Assembly (NCBI GenBank): GCA_016784385.1
Contig: JADHUT010000003.1
Coordinates: 2,923-66,922, forward strand
Direction: 5' to 3'
Source of the DNA: Candidatus Microgenomates bacterium
GTDB taxonomy: Bacteria > Patescibacteriota > Microgenomatia > UBA8517
DNA: 64,000 nucleotides
Shown: positions 37,849 through 48,118 of the stretch, one piece after another
Layout: each line of letters begins with the position of its first letter
How positions within the stretch are numbered: position 1 is the stretch's first letter
Translations under genes and position numbers: made by a program
The notes under the pieces: model-generated
Database searches by the model: none
What the model was told of the DNA's origin: nothing
What the model saw: the letters and a program-made list of their open reading frames with translations, nothing else

Positions 37849-39078
37849 CTAATCCTTTTTCTCAGACAATAGTTTATATGAAATTACACCAGCACCACCT
37901 GCAAACAAAGTATGTAATATGCTTTGAAAGTTATATGGATCATAGAACTTTTCCATTACAGCAAAAGGGGTTGGGAGTAAATCATACCAAGTTGTATAAA
38001 TCCTAAATAGTGAAATTGTCATGTTTCTATCTTCATACAAAAGTGGAATTGCAAGTGCAAGCATACAAAGAAGAACCACAGGCCAGGTCAATTTACTGTT
38101 TTTAACAATTAGTATCAACAAAAATGGTGCTATCCAAAGCAGCCATGAGATATGAAAGTGGGAGAATGAAAAAATAATTAATAAAAACACTACCCAATAA
38201 TTAAATAGGTTAATGTCCTTTTTGTGTAGCCATACAGAGAAAAACAAAGCGGAAAGAATCAGCAGTCCCATCATGATTGACTCACCGAATCCAACTAATA
38301 TGCCTGGGTTAAATATTCTTGTAGTAAGACCAGATACCAGGGCTGACTGAACAAAAGCTGTAGACCAAAATGGAACTATCGTCAAAAATAGTATAAACAA
38401 AGGAATCAACACTGAAAGAATCTTTTGTTTGGTGTTTTTTGCTTTCAAAAAAATGAAAGGCAAGAAAATTAAAGGATATGCTTTAAAACAAGCTGCAAGT
38501 CCCAGAAATACTAATGCACTAAGCAGTTTCTTTCTTTTTAGAAAGAGAAAAGCTACTAGTGTTAAAAATACACTATAAATATCAATGTTGGAAAATGCGT
38601 AAATTAAAATTATTGTAAATGGGTTAAATAACCAGAAAGTAAAAGCTTTTTCTTTGTCTTTTTCATCCTTAAAAAATTTAAGCAACAAAAATGCAATTGC
38701 AATATCCACAACCAACAAAGGAAATTTCAAAAAAATCAGGTACCAAAAGATGTTTGGGTCTGTAACTGATGTGACAGAGTCTGCATTTGCTAGCCAGTTA
38801 TCCAAACCTTGCCCCAAAAGAGGTGAAACAATTGCTTGGTATCCTCCAACCACAAAGTAGGACAATGGAAAATATACAAATTCTTCCTTTAAAGGAAGGC
38901 TCATTCTATTTTCAATTAAATAAGGGTAAATATTAACTACCCCTTTTTTCAAAAAAGAGGATTGGAAGTTGAATGTTTTGATATCTGGGTGATACAAAAA
39001 TCCAGAGACCAACAACCTCAAGACAATTGCTAAAAACAATATTTTAAGTCTGCCCTTTTTAAATATACCTTCCTTCAT
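37849..39078 (-). CDS. GT-C membrane glycosyltransferase (GT87/PIG-M-like)
   Basis: YHPD, FVYFPL, LKFP...D, WLFNP, NID and FKAYP. Confidence 0.7.
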   Translation of the reverse strand: MKEGIFKKGRLKILFLAIVLRLLVSGFLYHPDIKTFNFQSSFLKKGVVNIYPYLIENRMSLPLKEEFVYFPLSYFVVGGYQAIVSPLLGQGLDNWLANADSVTSVTDPNIFWYLIFLKFPLLVVDIAIAFLLLKFFKDEKDKEKAFTFWLFNPFTIILIYAFSNIDIYSVFLTLVAFLFLKRKKLLSALVFLGLAACFKAYPLIFLPFIFLKAKNTKQKILSVLIPLFILFLTIVPFWSTAFVQSALVSGLTTRIFNPGILVGFGESIMMGLLILSALFFSVWLHKKDINLFNYWVVFLLIIFSFSHFHISWLLWIAPFLLILIVKNSKLTWPVVLLCMLALAIPLLYEDRNMTISLFRIYTTWYDLLPTPFAVMEKFYDPYNFQSILHTLFAGGAGVISYKLLSEKKD

Positions 39079-40337
39079 TAAATACTCTCCGATCTTTTAG
39101 AAAAATGATAGTAAACATAATACAAACTGACCCCGACAAAAATAGTATGAAAAATACTTCTCAATGTATTTATATCTGGATTCATTCCCATTAGTTGCCA
39201 CACCCCAGGAAGGCCATAAAGCGCAGGATTAATAGGAGAGAACAACCAGACAGTTAACCCTGGGTCAAAGAAAGTAATGAGAGCTATAAAGCTAAGTAGT
39301 GACACTGCCACAAGAGGCCAGTGCTTGAAATTTGATTTAACCAGGTCTATCACAAAAAATGGCATAATCCACAAAAACCATTGAGGGTGGTAGTGGGTAA
39401 AAGTAAAAAATATAAGCATCATAACAAAAAATCTTTTCCACAAATTTTCGGCAGAACTATTCCTGTAAAGAAACACAAGATAGAAAAACATAACTACTGC
39501 TAGAAAAAGTATTATTGATTCTCCTCCAGAGATAGGAATTTGAGCATATAGACTCTTCGTAGTCTGACCAGCCAAAAGTGCAGTTCTTCTAAAGCCAGCG
39601 GAGCCAATAAAAGGAAATGCTGCCACAGCGTAAGTCAATGTTCCTACAGCTACTATTTTAATCCTGCTCCACCAATCTTTCTTAAGAAGGGCCAATGGAA
39701 CAACAAACAAAAGTGGGAAGATTTTAAAAGCAGCTCCCAAACCAAGAAGCATTGCACTTGGCAACAAACTTACATCCTTCTTGTCTCTTTTTTTAAGTAC
39801 AAGAGCTAGTGCTGCTACTGTCAAAAATGTCGGTATTATGTCGAACTGCCCCAACATGTAGGTTGCATACAAATTAACAGGATTAAACAGCCAAAGTCCG
39901 AACGCCCATATCTTTTTCTTCCTGTCTTTGAAAAATGACATCAAAAGAAAAGCGGTAGCAATATCAAAAATAAAATAAGGAAGCTTTAGAAGCAATAATA
40001 GTAAATTTAGTTGAATGTTGCCCAATGTTGAGGGAAAATCAAGAAGAAAATTGTCATGTACTTGCGGGTTTACCATCCAAGTGGTTAATAGAGATGCTCC
40101 ACCAAGGAAAAAATATGTTAGGGGTGGATAATTAAATAAATTTCTAGGGTAAACTCCTAAATAAGGGTGATCTTCAGGGAGTTCCCATAAATAATCATAA
40201 AAAGTGGTGATTTTAGTTTCAGTTAACACTCTCCCTGCAAAATCAAAAGGTACTACATCAGAATGATATGTTGTAAAAGAGAGAAGTACCCGCAAGAGTA
40301 CCGCAATAATTAAAATTTTAGATATTACTTTTTTCAT
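39078..40337 (-). CDS. GT-C membrane glycosyltransferase (GT87/PIG-M-like)
   Basis: YHSD, FNYPPL, LKLP...D, WLFNP, GQFD, FKIFP and HPQWFLW. Confidence 0.72.
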   Translation of the reverse strand: MKKVISKILIIAVLLRVLLSFTTYHSDVVPFDFAGRVLTETKITTFYDYLWELPEDHPYLGVYPRNLFNYPPLTYFFLGGASLLTTWMVNPQVHDNFLLDFPSTLGNIQLNLLLLLLKLPYFIFDIATAFLLMSFFKDRKKKIWAFGLWLFNPVNLYATYMLGQFDIIPTFLTVAALALVLKKRDKKDVSLLPSAMLLGLGAAFKIFPLLFVVPLALLKKDWWSRIKIVAVGTLTYAVAAFPFIGSAGFRRTALLAGQTTKSLYAQIPISGGESIILFLAVVMFFYLVFLYRNSSAENLWKRFFVMMLIFFTFTHYHPQWFLWIMPFFVIDLVKSNFKHWPLVAVSLLSFIALITFFDPGLTVWLFSPINPALYGLPGVWQLMGMNPDINTLRSIFHTIFVGVSLYYVYYHFSKRSESI

Positions 40338-40339
40338 TT

Positions 40340-42025
40340 TTAATCGCTTTTAAACAAATCTTCTTTAGATAGTATTACTATACAAGCTCCAAGTGACATT
40401 ACCGATACAATGTCTAGCAAGAGTCTCATTGTCGACTCACGATACTCAACCTCTACTACGTGCGTTCCAGCTGGAACAGTAATTGTAATTTGACCGAATG
40501 GCTTACCCGCAATAATTTCTGTACGTTTACCATCAATTTTGGCCACCCAGCCTGGATACATATATTTTGTGTAATATAGTTCAAATTCATACTCACTGTC
40601 AGTAATTATTTTAGCATCCAAAGCGCTTTTTTCCTCAATCCTCAAGATTGCGGCTGAATCCGTATATGCTCTTTTGTAAAGCTTGTCTGGTCTTTTTTGG
40701 GTGGCCTTAGGCAGTCTTAAATATTCTTCAGATGTTTGCTTGTAAGCATCACTTGCAGTACCTTTTGGAATATATCTATTTATGTAGTAAGCATCTTCTC
40801 TTCCTAGATATTCGCTGGTTTTGAAGTATTTAAAATTAAGTAGTATTGAAAATAAAATTACAAAAAAAGAGATCAATACTGAAAAATTCTTTTTGTTTTT
40901 GAACAACTTTGCAAATACAAGCAAAAATAAAGGACTAGCAAAGCATATCATCACCAAAAATCTCCAAGGGAATTGAAAATAGGGTAAAAGCGGCAAGTTT
41001 TCCCACAAAAAAGCAGACCTGTGGTTCATCATAAAAATACTTGCAAAAAATATCACTGTTCCCCAAAGCAAAAATATTTTTTCTTCTAATGAAAAGATTT
41101 TGTACTTTTTCACAAAAATGATACTACCTAGAAGTACCACTGCTAATCCAGTAAAACCCATATAAAAAGACATTGTGTCGTAAGGGCCTGGGACTGATGC
41201 TCCGTAACCAAAATAAGGAGTTATGAATTGTCTCAAAGTGGGGAAGTGGTTATAGAAATTAAAAACTGTGTCATATTGCATTAACCGACTTTCCAAAATA
41301 GCCGGAAACCAAAAATATATCGAGGTGAGTAGTCCCGATAAAAGTCCCCAAAAACTTCTACTAATTGCCTCTTTTTTATCTTTAGAAATCCATATAATTC
41401 TTGCTACAACAAAAATAAGTAAAAATGGCATGAACATATATGCCATAATATTGTGCGACAGAACAAGTGCAGCGGTTGAAAGCCCTGCAATTCCTACCCA
41501 TTTAAAAGATTTCTCGTTACTTGTTAATTTTATGAAAGAAAGAGTAATTAGCGGGAGGAAAACAAAAGCAACTATCTCCCCTATCGTTCCCCTAACGAAA
41601 ATTTCCAAAGCTCGGTACGGAGCATATACATATAGTACTGCACCTGCCAAAGACATCTCTCTAGCCATAAATTGCCTGAGCAGCTTGTACATAAAATACA
41701 TTGAAAATGGAATTGATAGACCAAAAACAATCTTCACACTACCAACTAATGAAAAACCAATTAAATGAAAAGCTTCTGCTATATAAAATGGCAGTGGATA
41801 TACAAAACTGAAAAGTGGATAACCAAATCCAAAACTAAGATCAGGTACATACCTTGGTGGGAACTGCAGCATCTTAACTACTCTGTCCATCTCAAAAAGC
41901 CATCCTATGTGTAAGTCATCAGAAACTCCGAAGTAACCATCAACAAATAAATACCTCACAGCAGGAATAGATAAAAGCAATATTATAAAATACAAATATT
42001 TCTTTACAAAATTCACTTTTTTCAT
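40340..42025 (-). CDS. GT-C membrane protein (YfhO/PTPS-related family)
   Basis: SDDLH, PPRYVPDL.FGFGYPLF, YAPYR, RGTIGE, SHN, QFPWRFL and a C-terminal YPGW. Confidence 0.8.
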   Translation of the reverse strand: MKKVNFVKKYLYFIILLLSIPAVRYLFVDGYFGVSDDLHIGWLFEMDRVVKMLQFPPRYVPDLSFGFGYPLFSFVYPLPFYIAEAFHLIGFSLVGSVKIVFGLSIPFSMYFMYKLLRQFMAREMSLAGAVLYVYAPYRALEIFVRGTIGEIVAFVFLPLITLSFIKLTSNEKSFKWVGIAGLSTAALVLSHNIMAYMFMPFLLIFVVARIIWISKDKKEAISRSFWGLLSGLLTSIYFWFPAILESRLMQYDTVFNFYNHFPTLRQFITPYFGYGASVPGPYDTMSFYMGFTGLAVVLLGSIIFVKKYKIFSLEEKIFLLWGTVIFFASIFMMNHRSAFLWENLPLLPYFQFPWRFLVMICFASPLFLLVFAKLFKNKKNFSVLISFFVILFSILLNFKYFKTSEYLGREDAYYINRYIPKGTASDAYKQTSEEYLRLPKATQKRPDKLYKRAYTDSAAILRIEEKSALDAKIITDSEYEFELYYTKYMYPGWVAKIDGKRTEIIAGKPFGQITITVPAGTHVVEVEYRESTMRLLLDIVSVMSLGACIVILSKEDLFKSD

Positions 42026-42053
42026 AAAATGGTTATTCTATTTTGGTTATTCT
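42017..42053. repeat. 37-bp dispersed repeat, copy 1 (start region of 40340-42025)
   Basis: TTTTTTCATAAAATGGTTATTCTATTTTGGTTATTCT matches 60179-60215 at 36 of 37 positions. Confidence 0.8.
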
Positions 42054-42061
42054 AATTTTTA

Positions 42062-43777
42062 TCATTGCCATTCTTTTTTTCTTTTAAGTAGTCCTATAAA
42101 CCATCCTATGCTGACAATTGTTATTATATTAGAAATTGTTCTCAATGGTGTATTTTTAAATCTTCCTTCTATTTTGTAGTCACCTTTGTCTAGTGTTACA
42201 GAAATTCTCCCCAATAAATTATCATGTGTTGAGGGGTAACTCTTGCCATCCACTTTAACTTCCCAATTGGGAAAATAGTAAACAGGTATGTGTATCTCTG
42301 ATAATTCACTTACCTCTGCCTTAAATTCCCATCTATTAGAACGGTTTTTAAAGTCAACAACACTTGCCTCCCCTGAAATGACAAGTGGAGCCTCAGGTGC
42401 TGCTTCTCTTGGCTCTAGAGCAGTTTTAGGTAGGTAATCTAGTATTGCACCGCGTCTTTGTTGTTCCCACAGCTCTCCTGTCAATTTTTGTTTGCTGGTA
42501 ACATCAAAAAACTCACGAGGTTTAAAGTAACTCCAATTTAAAATCACTGTAGATACAATCACTATGATTGCAAAAATCTTTTGCCATTTTTTCTTTACAG
42601 AAAATATGACAAATCCACCCAATATGGATGCAGAAAAAACAGTAAGAGATAAAAACCGCCAGGGAAATTGAAAAAATTGTAGTATTCTAAAGCTCTCCCA
42701 AACAAATGTAGATTTATTGTGTGTCATTAGTACAGAAACTATGAATGTCCCCACAATTCCAACCACTAAAACTTTTGTAGACTTTCTAATTTTGGATGTA
42801 AATATTGTCCTGGAAAAAAATAGTGAAACGGCTGAAAATCCTACCAACAACCAGTATGGCCAACCCACTTGAAAAGACATACCTCCTTCTGGGCCTGGTA
42901 TTGAAGTTCCATAACCCCACGCCCGATCAAAAAAGAGTTGCTTGATACTTATAAAATTAGCTCTGTAATCCAATTCAAACCTAGTTAAGCTTTCAGTTTG
43001 GACCAATTCTTTTTCAAAAAAAGCAGGAAAAACAAAAAAAGATGACAAACCAATAGCCAGAAGAGTAGAGATAACAATAATTTTTACACTTTTCCATTTG
43101 GTTGCAAATAGCCAGTAAATTATCCACACTATTAAAATCGGCAAAAATATAACAGTCATTATATTGTGTGTAATAAGGAAGAAAAACAAGGTGAGAGTAG
43201 AATAAAAGAAAATATTCTTTTCTCCTGGTTTCGTAATCAACTTTAGAAAAAAGTAAAAGACAAAAGGAATTAGCGCCAAGCCCATACTCTCAGACAAAGC
43301 CCCTCGAACGTAAATATCTAGTGCTTTATATGGTGCAAAAAGATAAAGTATGGCTGCTGTAATCCCTGCATATTTTCCCCAAAGTTCAGACACTAAAAAG
43401 TACATACCAAAACTCCCCCCCACTAAAGCAATTAAGAAAAGGAGTTTCGATGCTGCCAAAAAGCCCATAAAATAGCTCAATATTGCTCCTAAATAGTAAG
43501 GGAAGACTCCATAAAAGTTAAAAAGCGGATAGCCGTTCCCCCACCCCATGCTCGAAACCCATCTACAGGGAATTTGACCATCGGCAAAACACTTTCTCAT
43601 TTCAAAAATCCTAATTACTTGCAAATCATCTTGGTGAGAAAAATAACCCCCTCGCAACAGTGGCCAAGCAACAGAAAGACCTAAAATTGTAATCAAAACT
43701 AATTCCCAATGCTTACCAACAAAGTTGACCAAACTACGTTTATTTAATAATTTTTTAATGCTTTGCAGTTTATTCAT
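42062..43777 (-). CDS. GT-C membrane protein (YfhO/PTPS-related family)
   Basis: HQDDLQ, IPCRWV, GYPLFNFY, RGALSE, THN, QFPWRFL and YFPNW. Confidence 0.8.
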   Translation of the reverse strand: MNKLQSIKKLLNKRSLVNFVGKHWELVLITILGLSVAWPLLRGGYFSHQDDLQVIRIFEMRKCFADGQIPCRWVSSMGWGNGYPLFNFYGVFPYYLGAILSYFMGFLAASKLLFLIALVGGSFGMYFLVSELWGKYAGITAAILYLFAPYKALDIYVRGALSESMGLALIPFVFYFFLKLITKPGEKNIFFYSTLTLFFFLITHNIMTVIFLPILIVWIIYWLFATKWKSVKIIVISTLLAIGLSSFFVFPAFFEKELVQTESLTRFELDYRANFISIKQLFFDRAWGYGTSIPGPEGGMSFQVGWPYWLLVGFSAVSLFFSRTIFTSKIRKSTKVLVVGIVGTFIVSVLMTHNKSTFVWESFRILQFFQFPWRFLSLTVFSASILGGFVIFSVKKKWQKIFAIIVIVSTVILNWSYFKPREFFDVTSKQKLTGELWEQQRRGAILDYLPKTALEPREAAPEAPLVISGEASVVDFKNRSNRWEFKAEVSELSEIHIPVYYFPNWEVKVDGKSYPSTHDNLLGRISVTLDKGDYKIEGRFKNTPLRTISNIITIVSIGWFIGLLKRKKEWQ

Positions 43778-45477
43778 TTCTCTCTTTTCTTTAAATGCTC
43801 ATTTTTAGATATCAACCACACCAATATTATTATACTAGCTACTGTTATCAAGTTCCCAATTGACCTCACTGGAGTGTTTGTTAATTTGGCTTCAACACTG
43901 TGTTCCCCTTTTGGCAGTTTGAAAGTAATTAAGCCGTAACAAAACTCCTCACCTCTACAATCATCATTGTAATGATCCACCACTTCTCCATCAACACTTA
44001 CCTGCATACCAGGGAAGTCGTAAAGGGGTAGACGGATGGTTGCATCTTCAGATACCTTGATTATTCCGTTTTGAAAATTACTACCCTTTTTATACTCAAC
44101 CACCTGTACACTGCCGTCCATTATTTCAGGCAATAGTGGAGCTTCTGTAATTGGAGGGAACTCTGCATAAATTGGCAAATAATCAAAAATGCTTATTGTC
44201 ATTTGCTTTTGCCATGAAATTCCAGAAAACTTGTCCGCATCGGTTATATCAAGCCAGTCTTTTGGAACAAAGAAACCAATGTTTAAAATAATTGCCGACA
44301 AAATTAATACTCCCCCCAAGGCGTACTTAATCTTTTTAGAAAAATGTACTGCAAGTCCTCCCAAAAGAGATAGTAAAAATATACTGACTGACAAAAATCT
44401 CCAAGGAAATTGTAACCACCAAAGAGCGGGTATTTGGGCCCATATGAAACTTGATTTCATATGAATCATAAACAAAACTAGTAGTTCGAGTCCTCCTAAA
44501 ATGAGTATTAAATTTATTAGTTTTTTCTCCTTTTTATTCTTTTTGTAATTAAATATTCCCAAAACTACAGCCACTATTCCAACTATCCACTGAATAAGTC
44601 CTGTTGAAAGATTTAAAAGTTCATCGGGAAACCCAGATGATCCATAACCCCACTCTCTGGAAATAAATAGTTTATACAAACTTACAAAATGAGCTCTATA
44701 ATCAAAATAACCTGACAAAATAGAATCTATATGGGTGAATTTAGCCTCAAATAAAACCGGAAGAGTGAAAAAAGCAGCTAATCCAACTCCAAATAATCCA
44801 AATAATCCAATCCTCAGCAATAATCTAATCTTTTTTTCTACAACAGCCCAATAAATAGCCCAGACAATTGCAACTGGTGCAAAAATCAAAGTCATTAAAT
44901 TGTGTGTCAAAAGAAGTAGAGACAAAAAAACTGAAAACCAAATAAAGTATTTCTTTTTTTCAGTTTTTATTAATTTGTACAAAGCCCATAAAATTACCGG
45001 AAACAAAGGTAGTGCCCAAAATTCACTCATAGCACCTCTAACATAAACCTCCACTGCTTTGTAGGGAACGTAAGTGTATAAAACTGAAGAAACAAAACCA
45101 GGCCAAGAGCCAAGAAGCGATTCAACAAGTACAAACATTGCTAAAGCGGAAAATATGTAGCCTGCTACAAACAAAATTTTTACGACATCTATGTATTGAA
45201 AACCAACTCTGTGCAATACTGCACCAACATAATATACAGAAGGAGGATAGAAGTTGAACTGTGGATAACCATACCCATAACCCGCATCAGGAACCCAACG
45301 ACAAGGAATTTGGACGTCTCTGAAACATTTATCCATCTGTTGAATCCTAAAAGCTTGTAAATCATCTTGCATTGAGTAGTATCCAGGACGAAGTAAATTC
45401 CAGGTTACTGGAATCGTAAATATAATCACCAAAACTATCCAAACAAGCCTTTGTCTATTTTTGAATACTTTTTTCAT
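43774..45477 (-). CDS. GT-C membrane protein (YfhO/PTPS-related family)
   Basis: MQDDLQ, IPCRWV, GYPQFNFY, RGAMSE, THN and QFPWRFL. Confidence 0.8.
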   Translation of the reverse strand: MKKVFKNRQRLVWIVLVIIFTIPVTWNLLRPGYYSMQDDLQAFRIQQMDKCFRDVQIPCRWVPDAGYGYGYPQFNFYPPSVYYVGAVLHRVGFQYIDVVKILFVAGYIFSALAMFVLVESLLGSWPGFVSSVLYTYVPYKAVEVYVRGAMSEFWALPLFPVILWALYKLIKTEKKKYFIWFSVFLSLLLLTHNLMTLIFAPVAIVWAIYWAVVEKKIRLLLRIGLFGLFGVGLAAFFTLPVLFEAKFTHIDSILSGYFDYRAHFVSLYKLFISREWGYGSSGFPDELLNLSTGLIQWIVGIVAVVLGIFNYKKNKKEKKLINLILILGGLELLVLFMIHMKSSFIWAQIPALWWLQFPWRFLSVSIFLLSLLGGLAVHFSKKIKYALGGVLILSAIILNIGFFVPKDWLDITDADKFSGISWQKQMTISIFDYLPIYAEFPPITEAPLLPEIMDGSVQVVEYKKGSNFQNGIIKVSEDATIRLPLYDFPGMQVSVDGEVVDHYNDDCRGEEFCYGLITFKLPKGEHSVEAKLTNTPVRSIGNLITVASIIILVWLISKNEHLKKREK

Positions 45478-45518
45478 ATAACAGCAATTATATATATTCT
45501 ACAACAAAAAAAGGTCTT

Positions 45519-46334
45519 TTATGCCGAAGGTAAGAAGTTTTTGGAAGTTGAAATTGTTTTTCCAGTCTCTTTTTCTAACTTTTCTCTAGCTTCTCCTGCA
45601 ATTCTGCCTCCACGCTTTGAGGTTTGTTTATTTTTTTCAAATCCTTGCGGATGTTCTGTTTTAGTGATTTCAGTTGTTGCGGCCTCCCCTAATTGCGAAA
45701 AGAGAAGCTCTAAATCGTTCATGTGATCTCTTAAGTTTTGTCTTTTTAACCCTTTCAGCTTTTTATATTCAGATGGTGTTACTCCAAATGTTGCTTTTGA
45801 AATTTCAGCAGTCAATATCGCATATTCGACAGGTTTCTTTACACCGTGAGTATACCACTCATCAGTTAGCTCCTCACGAATGGCGATTCCGCGCATTCTT
45901 CTTTCAATCCAAGAACCTGGATATCCTTTTGCTTTATAAATTGCTCTTGCCCTTTTTTGTGCCAATTCAGGATCTTCAATTTCTTCTATTCGTTCATAAC
46001 CGACTTTTGCAAGCCATCTTTTAAGTGGTTCTGCTTTAGATGAGGGAATTGATTGAATTATTCGGAACATACCTTCTGTGTTTGCACAATTTATTTTCTG
46101 TGTTCCTCCTGCAGTCTTAATTGAAAGGGGGGCGGCAATTTGCCCCCACCCTTCTGAAAGATCTGAATCACGACGACGCATATCTTTTATATAACCAGAA
46201 GGTTGAGTAGAATCTGTTAAAACAGAGATAATATCAACTATTACAAACCACCATTCATTTTTGTGAATAACCTTCCTAATTTTCTTTTGTCTGAAGATCG
46301 CTATTTTAGTATTTTCAGGTTCTGTGGTTGTCAT
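45519..46334 (-). CDS. Bro-N domain (phage antirepressor-like) protein
   Basis: IRKV....EWWF.IVD, RIIQSIPS.KAEP.KRWLAKVG.ERIEE and NLRDHM.DLEL. Confidence 0.85.
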   Translation of the reverse strand: MTTTEPENTKIAIFRQKKIRKVIHKNEWWFVIVDIISVLTDSTQPSGYIKDMRRRDSDLSEGWGQIAAPLSIKTAGGTQKINCANTEGMFRIIQSIPSSKAEPLKRWLAKVGYERIEEIEDPELAQKRARAIYKAKGYPGSWIERRMRGIAIREELTDEWYTHGVKKPVEYAILTAEISKATFGVTPSEYKKLKGLKRQNLRDHMNDLELLFSQLGEAATTEITKTEHPQGFEKNKQTSKRGGRIAGEAREKLEKETGKTISTSKNFLPSA

Positions 46335-46365
46335 TAATTAACAATATCCCAAACACACCCCGAAG

Positions 46366-47187
46366 TCAACTTGTTAATTTTTGCCATTTTTGGCCTGACC
46401 AAATTATGGCGTTTATTATGTAGTGCTTGACCAAACCATGGTAAATCTTGCTTGAAGGAATTAATCTCTTCCACCTCTCACTTTCATCTGCAAGTTTTTT
46501 GAAAGTTGCCCCGTGATAATGCATTATCACTGACTCTGGCAAATAATAAACCTTCAGGCCCTTTTTCCAGGTTTGTCTGCAATAATCAATATCCTCAAAA
46601 TATGCAAAATACCTCTCATCCAATATTCCCACTCTTTTTCTGGCCTTCGGAGTAATCAAAAATACTGCTCCCACAACAGAATCCACCTCTGTAGGATTTT
46701 TTCCTTTGGGAGCAAATTTATCAAACAGGCCCTTACTACCTAAATAATATTCTTTAATTGCATTTGTAATTGTTGGGAAATTAAAACAACTATTTTGAAG
46801 CGTCCCGTCCATATTAAGAAGCTTACTTCCAACAACTCCTGCATCAGGAGTTTTTTTGGCGAAATCTACTAAACTTTGAAGAGAGTTTTTGTAAACTACG
46901 GTATCGTTATTCAAAAGTAAAACATACTCTCCTTTTGATTTTTTTATTCCCTGGTTATTCGCTTTGCCGTAACCGGTATTGCTGTCATTAAAAATTGCAG
47001 TGAAATTGCTATATTTTTTGTCAAAACGCTTTAACATTTCATCTGATCCGTCATCTGATCCGTTGTCTGTGACAAAAACTTCAAATGAAACTTTTGGTTT
47101 GTGCTTGAAAATCGACTCAATGCACTCTTTTGTTAAATCGACAGTGTTCATGTTGACTATGACAATTGAGAGGGTTATTTTTTTCAT
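46366..47187 (-). CDS. GT2 glycosyltransferase (rhamnosyltransferase-like)
   Basis: DNGSDD, GYGKANN, LLNND and FAYFEDID. Confidence 0.9.
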   Translation of the reverse strand: MKKITLSIVIVNMNTVDLTKECIESIFKHKPKVSFEVFVTDNGSDDGSDEMLKRFDKKYSNFTAIFNDSNTGYGKANNQGIKKSKGEYVLLLNNDTVVYKNSLQSLVDFAKKTPDAGVVGSKLLNMDGTLQNSCFNFPTITNAIKEYYLGSKGLFDKFAPKGKNPTEVDSVVGAVFLITPKARKRVGILDERYFAYFEDIDYCRQTWKKGLKVYYLPESVIMHYHGATFKKLADESERWKRLIPSSKIYHGLVKHYIINAIIWSGQKWQKLTS

Positions 47188-47203
47188 CTATACATTTATA
47201 AAA

Positions 47204-48118
47204 TTAAGAATATTTGGAAAATATTGTTTCATCAGATACTGTAGATTCTTTTATCTCCTTTGCCCTAGATCTACGCATGTCTTTATATCTCATTAAGGCC
47301 ATCAAGATTATTCTCAAATACCCAGGGTGACTAATTGTTCTTTTTACAAGTGACACCATATGTTTTTTCATCAAATTGTTGCTTGTCAAGTTTTTCCAAA
47401 CAAATAATAAGTGGTTTCGCTCTTGAATCTTTTTAACCTTACCTTGATTCATTTTTTTTATTGTTGCAGAGAGATTTGGACTCACGAAAGCAAAAGGGTC
47501 CCACATAAGTTCATATCCCCTCTTTAAAGCCTTATATGAAACATCCACATCTTCCCAATAAAATGGTGAAAGCACTTTTTCATCCATTCCACCAACCTTC
47601 ATCCACAAATTTTTGCTATATAAGGCTCCACCTGCATTTACAAAAAATGTTTTGTGGACTTTTATATCTTCCTTTCCTCGACCATGCACAATATATCCAT
47701 TTTCAAAATTACCAGTAGCCCATCCACTTCCCTTTTCGTGAAACGATACTCCGAAAAGATTATTGTTCCCGGCAAATAGTTTCAGGGGATTTTTTAATAT
47801 ATCTATTGATATGGAAACATCATTGTTTAGCAGACATAGTAAATTACCTTTTGAATGTCTTACACCAGTATTGATGGCAGCTGAAAAACCTCTATTTGAA
47901 CTATGTTTTATTAATTTAACTTCTGGGAAATTCTTCTTTATTACCTCAATACTAGAGTCAGTCGAACCATCATCTACAATTATTACTTCAACTATTTTAT
48001 TAACTGAATTTTTATAAGCTTTTAATACAGAGGGTAAATTTTTCGACAGAAGTGTTTCACCGTTTAAATTCGGAATAATAACACTTACACTTGAATTTTT
48101 ACCAGATTTACTTCCCAT
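47204..48118 (-). CDS. GT2 glycosyltransferase
   Basis: VDDGSTD, NRGFS, LLNND and YWEDVD. Confidence 0.9.
   Translation of the reverse strand: MGSKSGKNSSVSVIIPNLNGETLLSKNLPSVLKAYKNSVNKIVEVIIVDDGSTDSSIEVIKKNFPEVKLIKHSSNRGFSAAINTGVRHSKGNLLCLLNNDVSISIDILKNPLKLFAGNNNLFGVSFHEKGSGWATGNFENGYIVHGRGKEDIKVHKTFFVNAGGALYSKNLWMKVGGMDEKVLSPFYWEDVDVSYKALKRGYELMWDPFAFVSPNLSATIKKMNQGKVKKIQERNHLLFVWKNLTSNNLMKKHMVSLVKRTISHPGYLRIILMALMRYKDMRRSRAKEIKESTVSDETIFSKYS

Noticed and set aside
40340-45477. Tetrahydropterin (PTPS) biosynthesis genes
   Set aside because: The family name 'PTPS-related' is historical. These are polytopic membrane proteins with GT-C features, not T-fold enzymes.
45519-46334. Prophage
   Set aside because: The Bro-N gene is alone, with no integrase, structural or replication genes, and no att sites seen.
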